Assembly: GCA_963744145.1 (NCBI GenBank)
Contig: CAVUSO010000001.1
Span: 2,240,001-2,304,000, forward strand
DNA from: an uncultured cyanobacterium
GTDB taxonomy: Bacteria; Cyanobacteriota; Cyanobacteriia; Cyanobacteriales; CAWUOF01
Direction of reading: 5' to 3'
Length of the DNA: 64,000 nucleotides
Notes under the pieces: generated by a model
What the model was told of the DNA's origin: nothing
The model's input: the letters and a program-made list of their open reading frames with translations, nothing else
Databases searched by the model: none
Shown here: positions 1-8,368 of the stretch, in pieces
Numbering within the stretch: position 1 is the stretch's first letter
Layout of the letters: each line of letters starts with the position of its first letter
Translations under genes and position numbers: made by a program

Positions 1-725
1 CAAAATTTGAGCAAATTAGAGTTAGTATTGCTTCGGTCAGGACCAATACAGTTACCGTAAAATTAGCCGAAACTTTAGCCAAACGTGATACGCGATCGCT
101 GACGATCGCGATTGAGAGCGGTTCAGAAAGAATCAGACAGATTATTAATAAGAAGCTCGATAATAATGAGATTATTCAAGCAGCGATTAATGCAAAAATT
201 GGAGGAATAAGTAATTTAAAGTTTTATGGGATGGTAGGAATTCCGGGAGAAAAAATAGAGGATTTAGAGCAAACTGTAGATATCATCAAAGCTTGTAAAA
301 AAGCAGCATCTGGGTTACACTTAACTTTGGGTTGTAGTACCTTTGTACCCAAAGCACACACTCCTTTTCAATGGTTGGGAGTTAATCCAGAATCAGCAAA
401 AAGGTTAAAATTTTTAGAAAAACAATTGCGATCGCAGGGAATTGATTTTCGTCCAGAAAGCTATAATTGGTCAGTCATTCAAACCCTAATTTCTCGGGGT
501 GATCGTCGTCTATCATCTCTGTTAGAATTAACTCGACATTATGGTGATACATTAGGAAGTTACCGTCGTGCTTTCAAAGAAATGCGTGGTAAATTACCTG
601 AATTAGATTATTATGTTCATGCTGATTGGAAATTAGACCAAATTTTACCCTGGAATCATTTACAAGGACCATTACCTCAAGCAACTTTGCAAAAACATTT
701 AGCAACTGCTACAGCTCTATTTTGA
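1..725 (+). CDS. B12-binding radical SAM protein, C-terminal part (5' end lies outside the window)
   Basis: Frame is open upstream of the ORF-track start at 231 (..LSIASVRTNTVT..SLTIAIESGSERIR..); YGMVGIPGE and STFVPKAHTPFQW motifs are typical of this radical SAM family. Confidence 0.8.
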   Translation, partial: KFEQIRVSIASVRTNTVTVKLAETLAKRDTRSLTIAIESGSERIRQIINKKLDNNEIIQAAINAKIGGISNLKFYGMVGIPGEKIEDLEQTVDIIKACKKAASGLHLTLGCSTFVPKAHTPFQWLGVNPESAKRLKFLEKQLRSQGIDFRPESYNWSVIQTLISRGDRRLSSLLELTRHYGDTLGSYRRAFKEMRGKLPELDYYVHADWKLDQILPWNHLQGPLPQATLQKHLATATALF

Positions 726-770
726 TTATTTGTTAAAATATCGGGATGTCGCGATCGAGCAATAACTTAT

Positions 771-1217
771 ATGCTGTATTTTCAATATTCCTCGTTAATT
801 AATGCACCAGTAGAAGTAGTTTGGAATTTTCACACTAGACCTGATATCTTACAATTACTCACCCCACCTTGGCAACCTGTACAAATTATACGTCACGAAG
901 GTGGTCTGGAGATTGGTGCAATTTCTGAATTTCGTTTGTGGTTAGGAATATTACCAATCCGATGGGTTTGTGTCCACACTCAATATGAAGAAAACCGTTT
1001 ATTTACAGATGAACAAAGAGAAGGACCAATGTTAAATTGGACTCATCAGCACCAATTTAGTCAGGAAAATGGAAAAACTAGATTAACTGACGCGATCGCT
1101 TTTTCCTTACCAGGTGGTTCGATCGCAGAATTTTGTCTGGGTTGGTGGGTAAAAATGCGATTAGAAGATATGTTTCGCTATCGTCACCAATTGACTCAAC
1201 GGTATTGTGAACTTTAG
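771..1217 (+). CDS. SRPBCC (polyketide cyclase/ligand-binding) family protein
   Basis: INAPVEVVWNFH..LTPPW and FTDEQREGP..W.H.H.F motifs. Confidence 0.85.
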   Translation: MLYFQYSSLINAPVEVVWNFHTRPDILQLLTPPWQPVQIIRHEGGLEIGAISEFRLWLGILPIRWVCVHTQYEENRLFTDEQREGPMLNWTHQHQFSQENGKTRLTDAIAFSLPGGSIAEFCLGWWVKMRLEDMFRYRHQLTQRYCEL

Positions 1218-1311
1218 GTTTTGATGGGGAAAATATTTAATTAGTTATGATCGCGATCGCTAATTGGTTGAATTGATTGGTAGATGCGATCGCTAACATT
1301 CCAAATTTTTA

Positions 1312-1764
1312 TTACTGATTGAAAAAATTAGACTTCAAAGTTTCTTCTAGAGTAAAAGGTGATTCTTTGGGGAAAAAGTTTAATTTAATCCCTGTTTCCT
1401 CAGATGCTTTCACACAAGCTTTTTGATAACAACCATCAAATACTTCTAAAATTACAGCTTTTAAGCTAGGACTATCCTCTAACAATTCTTCGATATCAAT
1501 CCGCTGTTCAGTGATTGTACTACGCCAACTTTCACTACGTTTCTCTGGCTGATATTGCCATTTTAATAGGTGCATTAAAAGTACAATCAAACGACTTCTT
1601 AATTCTCGTCTTTCACTTCGGCCCATAGATTCAATTTCTTCAATTAAATTAGGAATATCTATCTCATTAAATTTACCATCTTTTAAAGATTGAGCTGTTG
1701 TTTGCAACCATAAATAAAAATCTTGCTCATAAATACTTTTTGGAATTGCGCTCGGCCATTTCAT
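1312..1764 (-). CDS. DUF29 family protein
   Basis: YEQDFYLW, NLIEEIESMGRSERREL..L..LL.HLLKWQYQP, DSPSLK motifs. Confidence 0.9.
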   Translation of the reverse strand: MKWPSAIPKSIYEQDFYLWLQTTAQSLKDGKFNEIDIPNLIEEIESMGRSERRELRSRLIVLLMHLLKWQYQPEKRSESWRSTITEQRIDIEELLEDSPSLKAVILEVFDGCYQKACVKASEETGIKLNFFPKESPFTLEETLKSNFFNQ

Positions 1765-1930
1765 ATTTAATCTCCAATATTGATTGATTAACAGAGCAAA
1801 AGCTTACTCTAGTATCATTATATTTAATCACAATTTAGAATAGATATATATTTCTAATTTAATAGCGATCGCGACCAATTAGCCATAAAAATAGTTAAAA
1901 TTCTAGTCACAACCTTACCAGATATTTTCT

Positions 1931-2893
1931 ATGAATAATCCTACCCGCTTGCCACCTCACTTCGATCTACCACTCTTATCACAGCAAAACTTGCCGACCA
2001 TGTATGATTTACCAAGCGAAGATCCAGAGGAGCCAGGGTTGCCAGATACTTTTCACCTCGACCAACCGCTATTTTTAGATTTGACTTTCAAACCTGAGAA
2101 CTACGACCCAGAACAAGTTTTCAGCGCGATCGATCTCTATCTTTACTACGATATCAACCACCTCAACTGGCATAAGCGCCCTGATTGGTTCGCGGTTGTG
2201 GGTGTGCCACGTTCCTACGATGGTTGGGATATGCGTTTAAGCTATGTAATGTGGCAAGAACTTGTTAGCCCCATTGTGGTGGTGGAGTTATTATCTCCTG
2301 GTACAGAAAAAGAAGATTTAGGACAGAGGGTTAGTTTACCAGGCGAACCACCAACGAAGTGGGAAGTTTACCAGGAAATCCTCATGGTGCCCTACTATGT
2401 AGTTTTTAGCCGCTACACCAACGAGATGCAAGCTTTTCAATTGATTGATGGTAATTATCAACCTGCTAATTTGACTGATGGACGTTTGGTAATTCCTCAA
2501 ATCGGATTAAGTTTAGGTTTGTGGGAGGGGGCTTTTAAAAATCAAGCGCGATTATGGTTGCGCTGGTTTACGGCTGAAGGAAATTTGATTCTTACGACCG
2601 AAGAGAAATTAGTCGAAGTCGAACTCGAAGCGATCGCCGCTCAACGACAAGCCGAACAGCAAATAGCTCAAGCTCAACAACAAGCCAAACAGCAAATAGC
2701 TCAAGCTCAACAACAAGCCAAACAGCAAATAGCTCAAGCTCAACAACAAATAGCCCAAGTCCAACAACAAGCTGATGAAGCCCAACGACAAGCTAACCAA
2801 GCTCAACTTGAAGCGATCGCCGCTCAACAACAAGCGGAAAGACTAGCGGCAAAACTCCGAGAGTTGGGTGTTGATCCAAATACATTGGCTTGA
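1931..2893 (+). CDS. Uma2 (DUF820) family PD-(D/E)XK endonuclease with Gln/Ala-rich coiled-coil tail
   Basis: LPTMYDLPSEDPEEPGLPD, RPDWFAVVGV, VVELLSPGT motifs; C-terminal AERLAAKLRELGVDP. Confidence 0.9.
   Translation: MNNPTRLPPHFDLPLLSQQNLPTMYDLPSEDPEEPGLPDTFHLDQPLFLDLTFKPENYDPEQVFSAIDLYLYYDINHLNWHKRPDWFAVVGVPRSYDGWDMRLSYVMWQELVSPIVVVELLSPGTEKEDLGQRVSLPGEPPTKWEVYQEILMVPYYVVFSRYTNEMQAFQLIDGNYQPANLTDGRLVIPQIGLSLGLWEGAFKNQARLWLRWFTAEGNLILTTEEKLVEVELEAIAAQRQAEQQIAQAQQQAKQQIAQAQQQAKQQIAQAQQQIAQVQQQADEAQRQANQAQLEAIAAQQQAERLAAKLRELGVDPNTLA
2638..2835 (+). repeat. Coding tandem repeat (33-bp unit, QQIAQAQQQAK)
   Basis: caaatagctcaagctcaacaacaagccaaacag is repeated about 3 times; the paralog at 4254-5145 has fewer units. 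Confidence 0.85.
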
Positions 2894-3187
2894 AATTGAC
2901 AATAGTCCGGCAATAGACAAGAAAGCAAAAGTCCTTATTGATCTATTTATTGACAGGCAAGATGCCTGTCCCACCAGAAAAAATCCCTTTTGTGGGACAG
3001 GCATCTTGCCTGTCCTATTTATTTTTGCAAGAGGTCTAATTAGTACCAAACTGGTTACGAATAAAGTCGCGATCGCACCTTGAAAAATATAACGTCTTTG
3101 TTGCTCTGGGGATGGGTATTGGGCGTAATACATTTGAGGCTCAGTGGCGTAGTTGTTGAGGATGCCTTCTTCATTGGTGGTATACAT
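2843..3187 (-). CDS. psb34: Psb34 (Ssl1498-like) PSII assembly protein; native ~50 aa at 3038-3187, extended by read-through of the MITE
   Basis: MYTTNEEGILNNYATEPQMYYAQYPSPEQQRRY..QGAIATLFVTSLVLI matches the Ssl1498 family. Confidence 0.8.
   Translation of the reverse strand: MYTTNEEGILNNYATEPQMYYAQYPSPEQQRRYIFQGAIATLFVTSLVLIRPLAKINRTGKMPVPQKGFFLVGQASCLSINRSIRTFAFLSIAGLLSISSQCIWINTQLSEFCR
2915..3037. mobile_element. MITE-like insertion with internal 23-bp perfect inverted repeat, inserted in frame at the 3' end of psb34
   Basis: Arms gacaggcaagatgcctgtcccac (2952-2974) and its exact reverse complement (2992-3014); termini agac...gtct flanked by AAT/AAT. Confidence 0.7.
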
Positions 3188-3218
3188 TTGGGTTACTCCT
3201 GGTTAGCATTGATTTCCT

Positions 3219-3236
3219 TATGTAAATAAATGTAAC
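3219..3236 (-). promoter_or_regulatory. HLR1 (RpaB-binding) direct repeat upstream of psb34
   Basis: Minus strand GTTACATT-TA-TTTACATA fits (G/T)TTACA(T/A)(T/A)-N2-(G/T)TTACA(T/A)(T/A); 31 bp upstream of the ATG. Confidence 0.75.
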
Positions 3237-3643
3237 AGATTGTTAAGAAAGATTGCTGTGACTTGACAAGGGAATTGGTGTGATGTTGAACACAAGGAAT
3301 TTGCTCCAATCAGTAAGAAATACCCAAAAAGTTTTCAGCATAGGGAATTCTGGAGGTTTTAGGCTGGTAAGATTTTTTTAGTAGGAAACTGGTAGTGAGT
3401 GAATTTTGTTTAAATTATCTCAATTAATGAAAATATTGTTAAATAACTAAAGGGTTGTGTTTTTGTCCTTAGTTTCTTAGTTCTAGTAGCGATCGCTCTA
3501 TCAGGTTAAAATCCACCCAAACTCTTAACATTGGACTGCATCTATATTAGTACCAGACTGGTTCGCGATCGCACTTTGACCGCAAAAGCGATGGGATTAG
3601 AAGATGTGTTTCGCGATCGTCAGTTTTCGTTAATCTGTTATCA

Positions 3644-3742
3644 GTGAGTGCTGCGATCGCCCAAATAGTTCCTGATGCAACTTTACCAGTCAATTCTCTA
3701 GTTACTAATAGTAATAATACCATTACTATCACTGGTGGGACT
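3644..3742 (+). pseudogene. Remnant N-terminus of a filamentous-haemagglutinin (TpsA-like) protein
   Basis: AIAQIVPDATLPVNSLVT...ITITGGT, then the similarity stops abruptly at repeat DNA. Confidence 0.7.
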
Positions 3743-4128
3743 AATACCAGTTTCATAAATTTGTACTACATAAGATTGCTTGATCGCGAACAGAAAGGAA
3801 ACATCAACAGAACCCTTCGACTACGCTCAGGGCAAGTTTTGTCCAGATTTGTAGGGGCAAAGCATTTCGGCAGATCAATAATTGCTTAGAGCGAGAGAAC
3901 TATAACCGAAATGCTTTGCCCAGCCATTGATGAATCAAATCGATTGACTATATAGATGATCTGTAGTCAGAATTTCCCTAATTGCTATAAATTGGATTTT
4001 CATAGCTTTAGTTGATCTGTTGGCTGCATAGATGGTGAGGGCAAAGCATTTCGGTAATATTATTCTGAGTTGAAGCCATCATTGATTTGCCGAAATGCTT
4101 TGCCCCTACAGTTAACTGAACCATATTG
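3743..4128. repeat. Composite MITE/REP cluster: two inverted long hairpins plus a 24-nt element
   Basis: gtaggggcaaagcatttcgg..ccgaaatgctttgccc (3851-3921) and gggcaaagcatttcgg..ccgaaatgctttgcccctac (4038-4108); cccttcgactacgctcagggcaag at ~3813-3836; aactgaaccatattg end. Confidence 0.75.
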
Positions 4129-4253
4129 ATCTCTAGTCAGAATTTCAATAATTGGTATAAGGTTGGAGGGAATTTATTTCATAGTTTTAAAGATTTTTCA
4201 GTGCCGACTAAAGGCACTAAAAATAGTTAAAATTCTAGTCACAACCTTATTGG

Positions 4254-5145
4254 ATGTTTTTTTTTATGAATAATCCTACAGGCTTGCGACCGAACTTCGA
4301 TCTACCACTCTTATCACGGCAAAACTTGCCGACCATGTATGATTTACCAAGCGAAGATCCAGAGGAGCCAGGGTTGCCAGATATTTTTCACCTCTACCAA
4401 CTGCAATTTTTAGATTTAACTTTCAAACCTGAGAACTACGACCCAGAACAAGTTTTCAGCGCGATCGATCTCTATCTTTACTACGATATTAACCACCTCA
4501 ACTGGCATAAGCGCCCTGATTGGTTCGCGGTTGTGGGTGTGCCACGTTCCTACGATGGTTGGGATATGCGTTTAAGCTATGTGATGTGGCAAGAACAAGT
4601 TAGCCCCATTGTGGTGGTGGAGTTATTATCTCCTGGTACAGAAAAAGAAGATTTAGGACAGACGGTTAGTTTACCAGGCGAGCCACCAACGAAGTGGGAA
4701 GTTTACCAGGAAATCCTCATGGTGCCCTACTATGTAGTTTTTAGCCGCTACACCAACGAGATGCAAGCTTTTCAATTGATTAATGGTAATTATCAACCTG
4801 CTAATTTGACTGATGGACGTTTGGTAATTCCCCAAATAGGGTGAAGGGGCGTATTGCAATACGCCCGTACTGTGGCAGGGGGCTTTTAAAAATCGAGCGC
4901 GGTTATGGTTACGATGGTTTACTGCTGAAGGAAATTTGATTCTTACTGCTGATGAGAAATTAGTCGAAATCGAACAAGCGATCGCCGCTCAACGACAAGC
5001 TGAACAAAAAATCGCCCAAGTCCAACAACAAGCCGAACAGCAAATAGCTCAAGCTCAACTCGAAGCGATCGCCACTCAACAACAAGCGGAAAGACTAGCG
5101 GCAAAACTACGGGAATTGGGTGTTGATCCAAATACATTGGTTTGA
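4254..5145 (+). pseudogene. Second Uma2 endonuclease copy, disrupted by a REP hairpin (stop plus frameshift at 4842-4870)
   Basis: Near-identical to 1931-2893, including the upstream taaaaatagttaaaattctagtcacaacctta; ttaagtttaggtt is replaced by tgaaggggcgtattgcaatacgcccgtac. Confidence 0.85.
4842..4870. repeat. GTAG-type REP-like hairpin
   Basis: Palindrome gggcgtattgcaatacgccc; same family at 5226, 13258, 33299, 43691. Confidence 0.85.
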
Positions 5146-5202
5146 AATTGCTAGGGTGAACTAAATAGCGGGAAGTCCCAGGATAGATTCAGAGGGGATT
5201 TC

Positions 5203-5249
5203 TGGGAGAGCGTATGGGCCTGGGAGGGCGTATGGCCATACGCCCCTAC
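5203..5249. repeat. REP-like hairpin with partial tandem duplication
   Basis: tgggagagcgtatgggcc followed by tgggagggcgtatggccatacgcccctac. Confidence 0.75.
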
Positions 5250-5325
5250 GAAAATTAGAGATGATCTGATCGACCTATAACTAAACTAAGATTTGAAATG
5301 GTGAGAGTGAAGTAAGGGTCAGGTC

Positions 5326-6180
5326 ATGGACGCGATCGAGTTAAAATTTCTCCTGAAGTTACTGGAATTTCCGGATTATCGGGCTTCTATAACTGAGGTT
5401 AAACCAACTCCTAATCTCAATGCAGCAGAAAGAGATGTAATTTGTCGTCAATTAGCCGATCGCGGTTTAGTGGACTTGTCTATAGAAGTAATAAAATTTA
5501 AAATTGCGCCCCCTGGTAAAGTGCTACTGAAACTAGACACGGGGAAATTACCTATTACTAAACAAGAACTCAAAGTCCTCCAAGCTAGTGCTGAAGGTGT
5601 CATTACTCCCGCAGAAAGTGGAATTACTGGGGAAAATCGGCAAATCCTGATCCAAGGTTTAGTCGAAAGGGGTCTAATTAAAGCCGAAAAAGTCCAAATT
5701 AAAGAAGTATGGTTGACCGAAGGAGGACAGCAATATCTCCTCCATGAATATAATCCCAGTGGTAATGCACCGATGATTAGTTTGGATCTGCTTGGTAGTT
5801 ATTTACGATTAATGCGTAAATACTGGAAGAGTCTAGAACAAATTAATCCAGTAACATCTATACCACCAATTGTACCTGAAGAAAAAATTCAGGTTACCAT
5901 CACACCTACCAGTAAACCTAATGATGAAGAAATTTTGGCACTCATTCAAGATTTAGATCGACAAACGGGTTCGGACAATTATTTGCCAATTTTCCAGCTA
6001 CGAGAAAAATTAACCTTTATGTCTCGGGAAGAATTAGATCAGATACTCTATCGACTCCAACGGAATGACCAGATCGAACTCAGTTCCCTACAAGAAGCGA
6101 TCGCTTATACCCCGGAACAGATTGAATCTGGAATTCCCCAAAATGTCGGTGGTCCGCTCTTTTTTATTATAGTGACATGA
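5326..6180 (+). CDS. rcaD: RcaD-like putative DNA-binding (winged-helix) protein
   Basis: MD..ELKFLLKLL..P.YR N-terminus and DLDR..G..NYLPIF.LR.KL..SREELDQ.LYRLQRNDQIELSSLQE..YTPEQI..GIPQ..GGPLFFI C-terminus resemble proteins annotated RcaD (from recall); 284 aa. Confidence 0.65.
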   Translation: MDAIELKFLLKLLEFPDYRASITEVKPTPNLNAAERDVICRQLADRGLVDLSIEVIKFKIAPPGKVLLKLDTGKLPITKQELKVLQASAEGVITPAESGITGENRQILIQGLVERGLIKAEKVQIKEVWLTEGGQQYLLHEYNPSGNAPMISLDLLGSYLRLMRKYWKSLEQINPVTSIPPIVPEEKIQVTITPTSKPNDEEILALIQDLDRQTGSDNYLPIFQLREKLTFMSREELDQILYRLQRNDQIELSSLQEAIAYTPEQIESGIPQNVGGPLFFIIVT

Positions 6181-6308
6181 TAAAATAAATCCTGGACGGC
6201 GGATCGCGATCGCTGGACAACTAGCCATCCAACTCGATTAGCTGTTTACTGTCATTTTTCCTACTGGACTCTGTATTTGCCAAACACTTATCCATTTTTA
6301 TTGTAATT

Positions 6309-8330
6309 ATGCTATCTATCGATCAGATTATTCAACGAGATCCCAATCCTTTTGATGCTGAGACCTTTTGGTCGGGTAATTTTTGGCAAGAAAAACAAGA
6401 TCCAGCACTGACCGTTGTCTCCATTCATCGAGACTTAGTAGTTGATATTCAAAATATTCTCAATCAAGTAGCGATTGATCATCGGACTCGAACACTTCTC
6501 CTCGAAGGTGAAACTGGTTCGGGCAAAACTTATCTCTTGGGTAGACTTAAACGTCTGTTTAATTGCAAAGCTTTTTTTGTTTATATAGAACCATTTACTG
6601 CTAGTGATTATATTTGGCGGCATATTTTACGTTATACTGTTGATAGTTTACTAGAAATTCCTGCTGAACAAAAAGAATCCCAATTATTGCTCTGGCTCAA
6701 AGGATTATCTGCATTTGGTAAACGCAACTTGCGAGATTTATTCCAAGGTGAACGACAGGTTTTTATTCGCAATATTAGTGATTCCTATCCAGCGGGTATT
6801 TATAACGCTGGAGAGTTTTTTGGTGTTCTCTATGACTTGACTAATCCCAAATTATCTCGGTTAGCTTGTGAATGGTTACGTGGAGATGATTTAGATGAAG
6901 ACAGTTTAAAGACGCTGCGAGTCCAAAATTCAATTGAAACCGAAGATGCAGCTCAGAAAATGTTAGCTAATTTTGGGAGAATTTCAGCGGAAACTGTACC
7001 AATTGTATTATGTTTTGATCAATTAGATAATATTGCTCGCACCTCAGAAGGACAGATAGATTTGCAAAGTTTGTTTAATGTTAATTCGATTATCCACAAT
7101 CAAAAGCTGAAAAATTTTCTCGTAATTATTAGTATTATAACAGATACTTGGCGACAAAACAAGAATCGCATTCAACCGACAGATAAGGATCGGATTGATA
7201 CAGAGATGCAACTTAAACAAATTACGATCGAACAAGCAGAAGAACTCTGGATCAGTCGTCTCAATCCTTTACATCGACAATCCTATCCCCTACCTAATTC
7301 TCATCTGTTTCCTTTATCTAAGCAAATTTTAGAAGAGAATTTTCCTGGTAGTAAAACTAAACCCCGAAATGTTTTGATGCTAGGAAGACAGGTTTTTCAA
7401 GATTATAAAGTTGGGCTATTTCGCAATTATGATTCATTACAGCTTAATCATAATCATCATCAACCAGTTAATCCAGTTCATACAGTTACAGATTCCTTAG
7501 CAGCATTTAAATTAGTTTGGCGGAAGAAATTTAACCAAACTCAGGAAAGAATTTCACGAATTCGTCAACTAGCTTCACCAGAATTAATTCAAATGTTAGC
7601 TGAAGCATTAGCAGCTCTACAAGTAGCAGGGATTCAACCGCGTCTGTTACCACGAAGCTATGCAAGTTATTCGATTAGCTATCAAAATGTAAATGCTCAA
7701 AGACGCGGATTAGTCTGGACAGAAGATTTGAATATGACTAAGTTTTGCAATTTGATGAAATCTTGTCAAGAGGCGATCGATGAGGAATTGTGCCATAGTT
7801 TATATCTGATTCGCTATGAAGGAATTGGAACGCAAAGTAATATGGGTTATCGACTTTATTCACAAATTTTCAATAATTCCCATCATGCTCATATCATGCC
7901 AGATTTGACTTCTATTCATTATTTAGCAACTTATCATAGTTTGGTAAATGATGCTTATTCCGGTGAATTGGTAGTGGGCGATCGCACTCCTGATTTAAAA
8001 GAATTAGAAAATTTAATTCGGGAGTCAAATATCTTCCAAGATTGCCAACTTTTACAAGATTTAGGGGTAATTCCATCTACTCCTAATATTGACAATAAAG
8101 AAACAGATTGGCGCAGTGTGGAAGATTTGCTGTTAAATCTAATTGTCAATCAAAAATGTATCGCTCGACACCGATTGACTCAAGAAGTCTTAAGCCAGTT
8201 TTCCGAGTTAAATGAATCGGACATAAATCACCTGATTGGTAATTTATGTCAGGAGCATGAAAATATCCAAATTCATAATCCGAATGCCAAACTGGAAGAA
8301 CAACTGGTAGTCATGAAAAGCGAAAAATAA
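6309..8330 (+). CDS. P-loop ATPase (RcaG-like / BrxD-DUF2791-related), paralog 1
   Basis: Walker A GETGSGKT, Walker B-like LCFDQLD, CEWLRGDDL motif. Confidence 0.8.
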   Translation: MLSIDQIIQRDPNPFDAETFWSGNFWQEKQDPALTVVSIHRDLVVDIQNILNQVAIDHRTRTLLLEGETGSGKTYLLGRLKRLFNCKAFFVYIEPFTASDYIWRHILRYTVDSLLEIPAEQKESQLLLWLKGLSAFGKRNLRDLFQGERQVFIRNISDSYPAGIYNAGEFFGVLYDLTNPKLSRLACEWLRGDDLDEDSLKTLRVQNSIETEDAAQKMLANFGRISAETVPIVLCFDQLDNIARTSEGQIDLQSLFNVNSIIHNQKLKNFLVIISIITDTWRQNKNRIQPTDKDRIDTEMQLKQITIEQAEELWISRLNPLHRQSYPLPNSHLFPLSKQILEENFPGSKTKPRNVLMLGRQVFQDYKVGLFRNYDSLQLNHNHHQPVNPVHTVTDSLAAFKLVWRKKFNQTQERISRIRQLASPELIQMLAEALAALQVAGIQPRLLPRSYASYSISYQNVNAQRRGLVWTEDLNMTKFCNLMKSCQEAIDEELCHSLYLIRYEGIGTQSNMGYRLYSQIFNNSHHAHIMPDLTSIHYLATYHSLVNDAYSGELVVGDRTPDLKELENLIRESNIFQDCQLLQDLGVIPSTPNIDNKETDWRSVEDLLLNLIVNQKCIARHRLTQEVLSQFSELNESDINHLIGNLCQEHENIQIHNPNAKLEEQLVVMKSEK

Positions 8331-8368
8331 TTTCCCTAGGAAAAATAGTTAAATCAAAACTTAGTAAT

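Noticed and set aside
1931..5145. Uma2 duplicate pair as a diversity-generating retroelement template/variable pair
   Set aside because: Whole-gene duplication including upstream DNA; differences are not adenine-specific; no reverse transcriptase in the window
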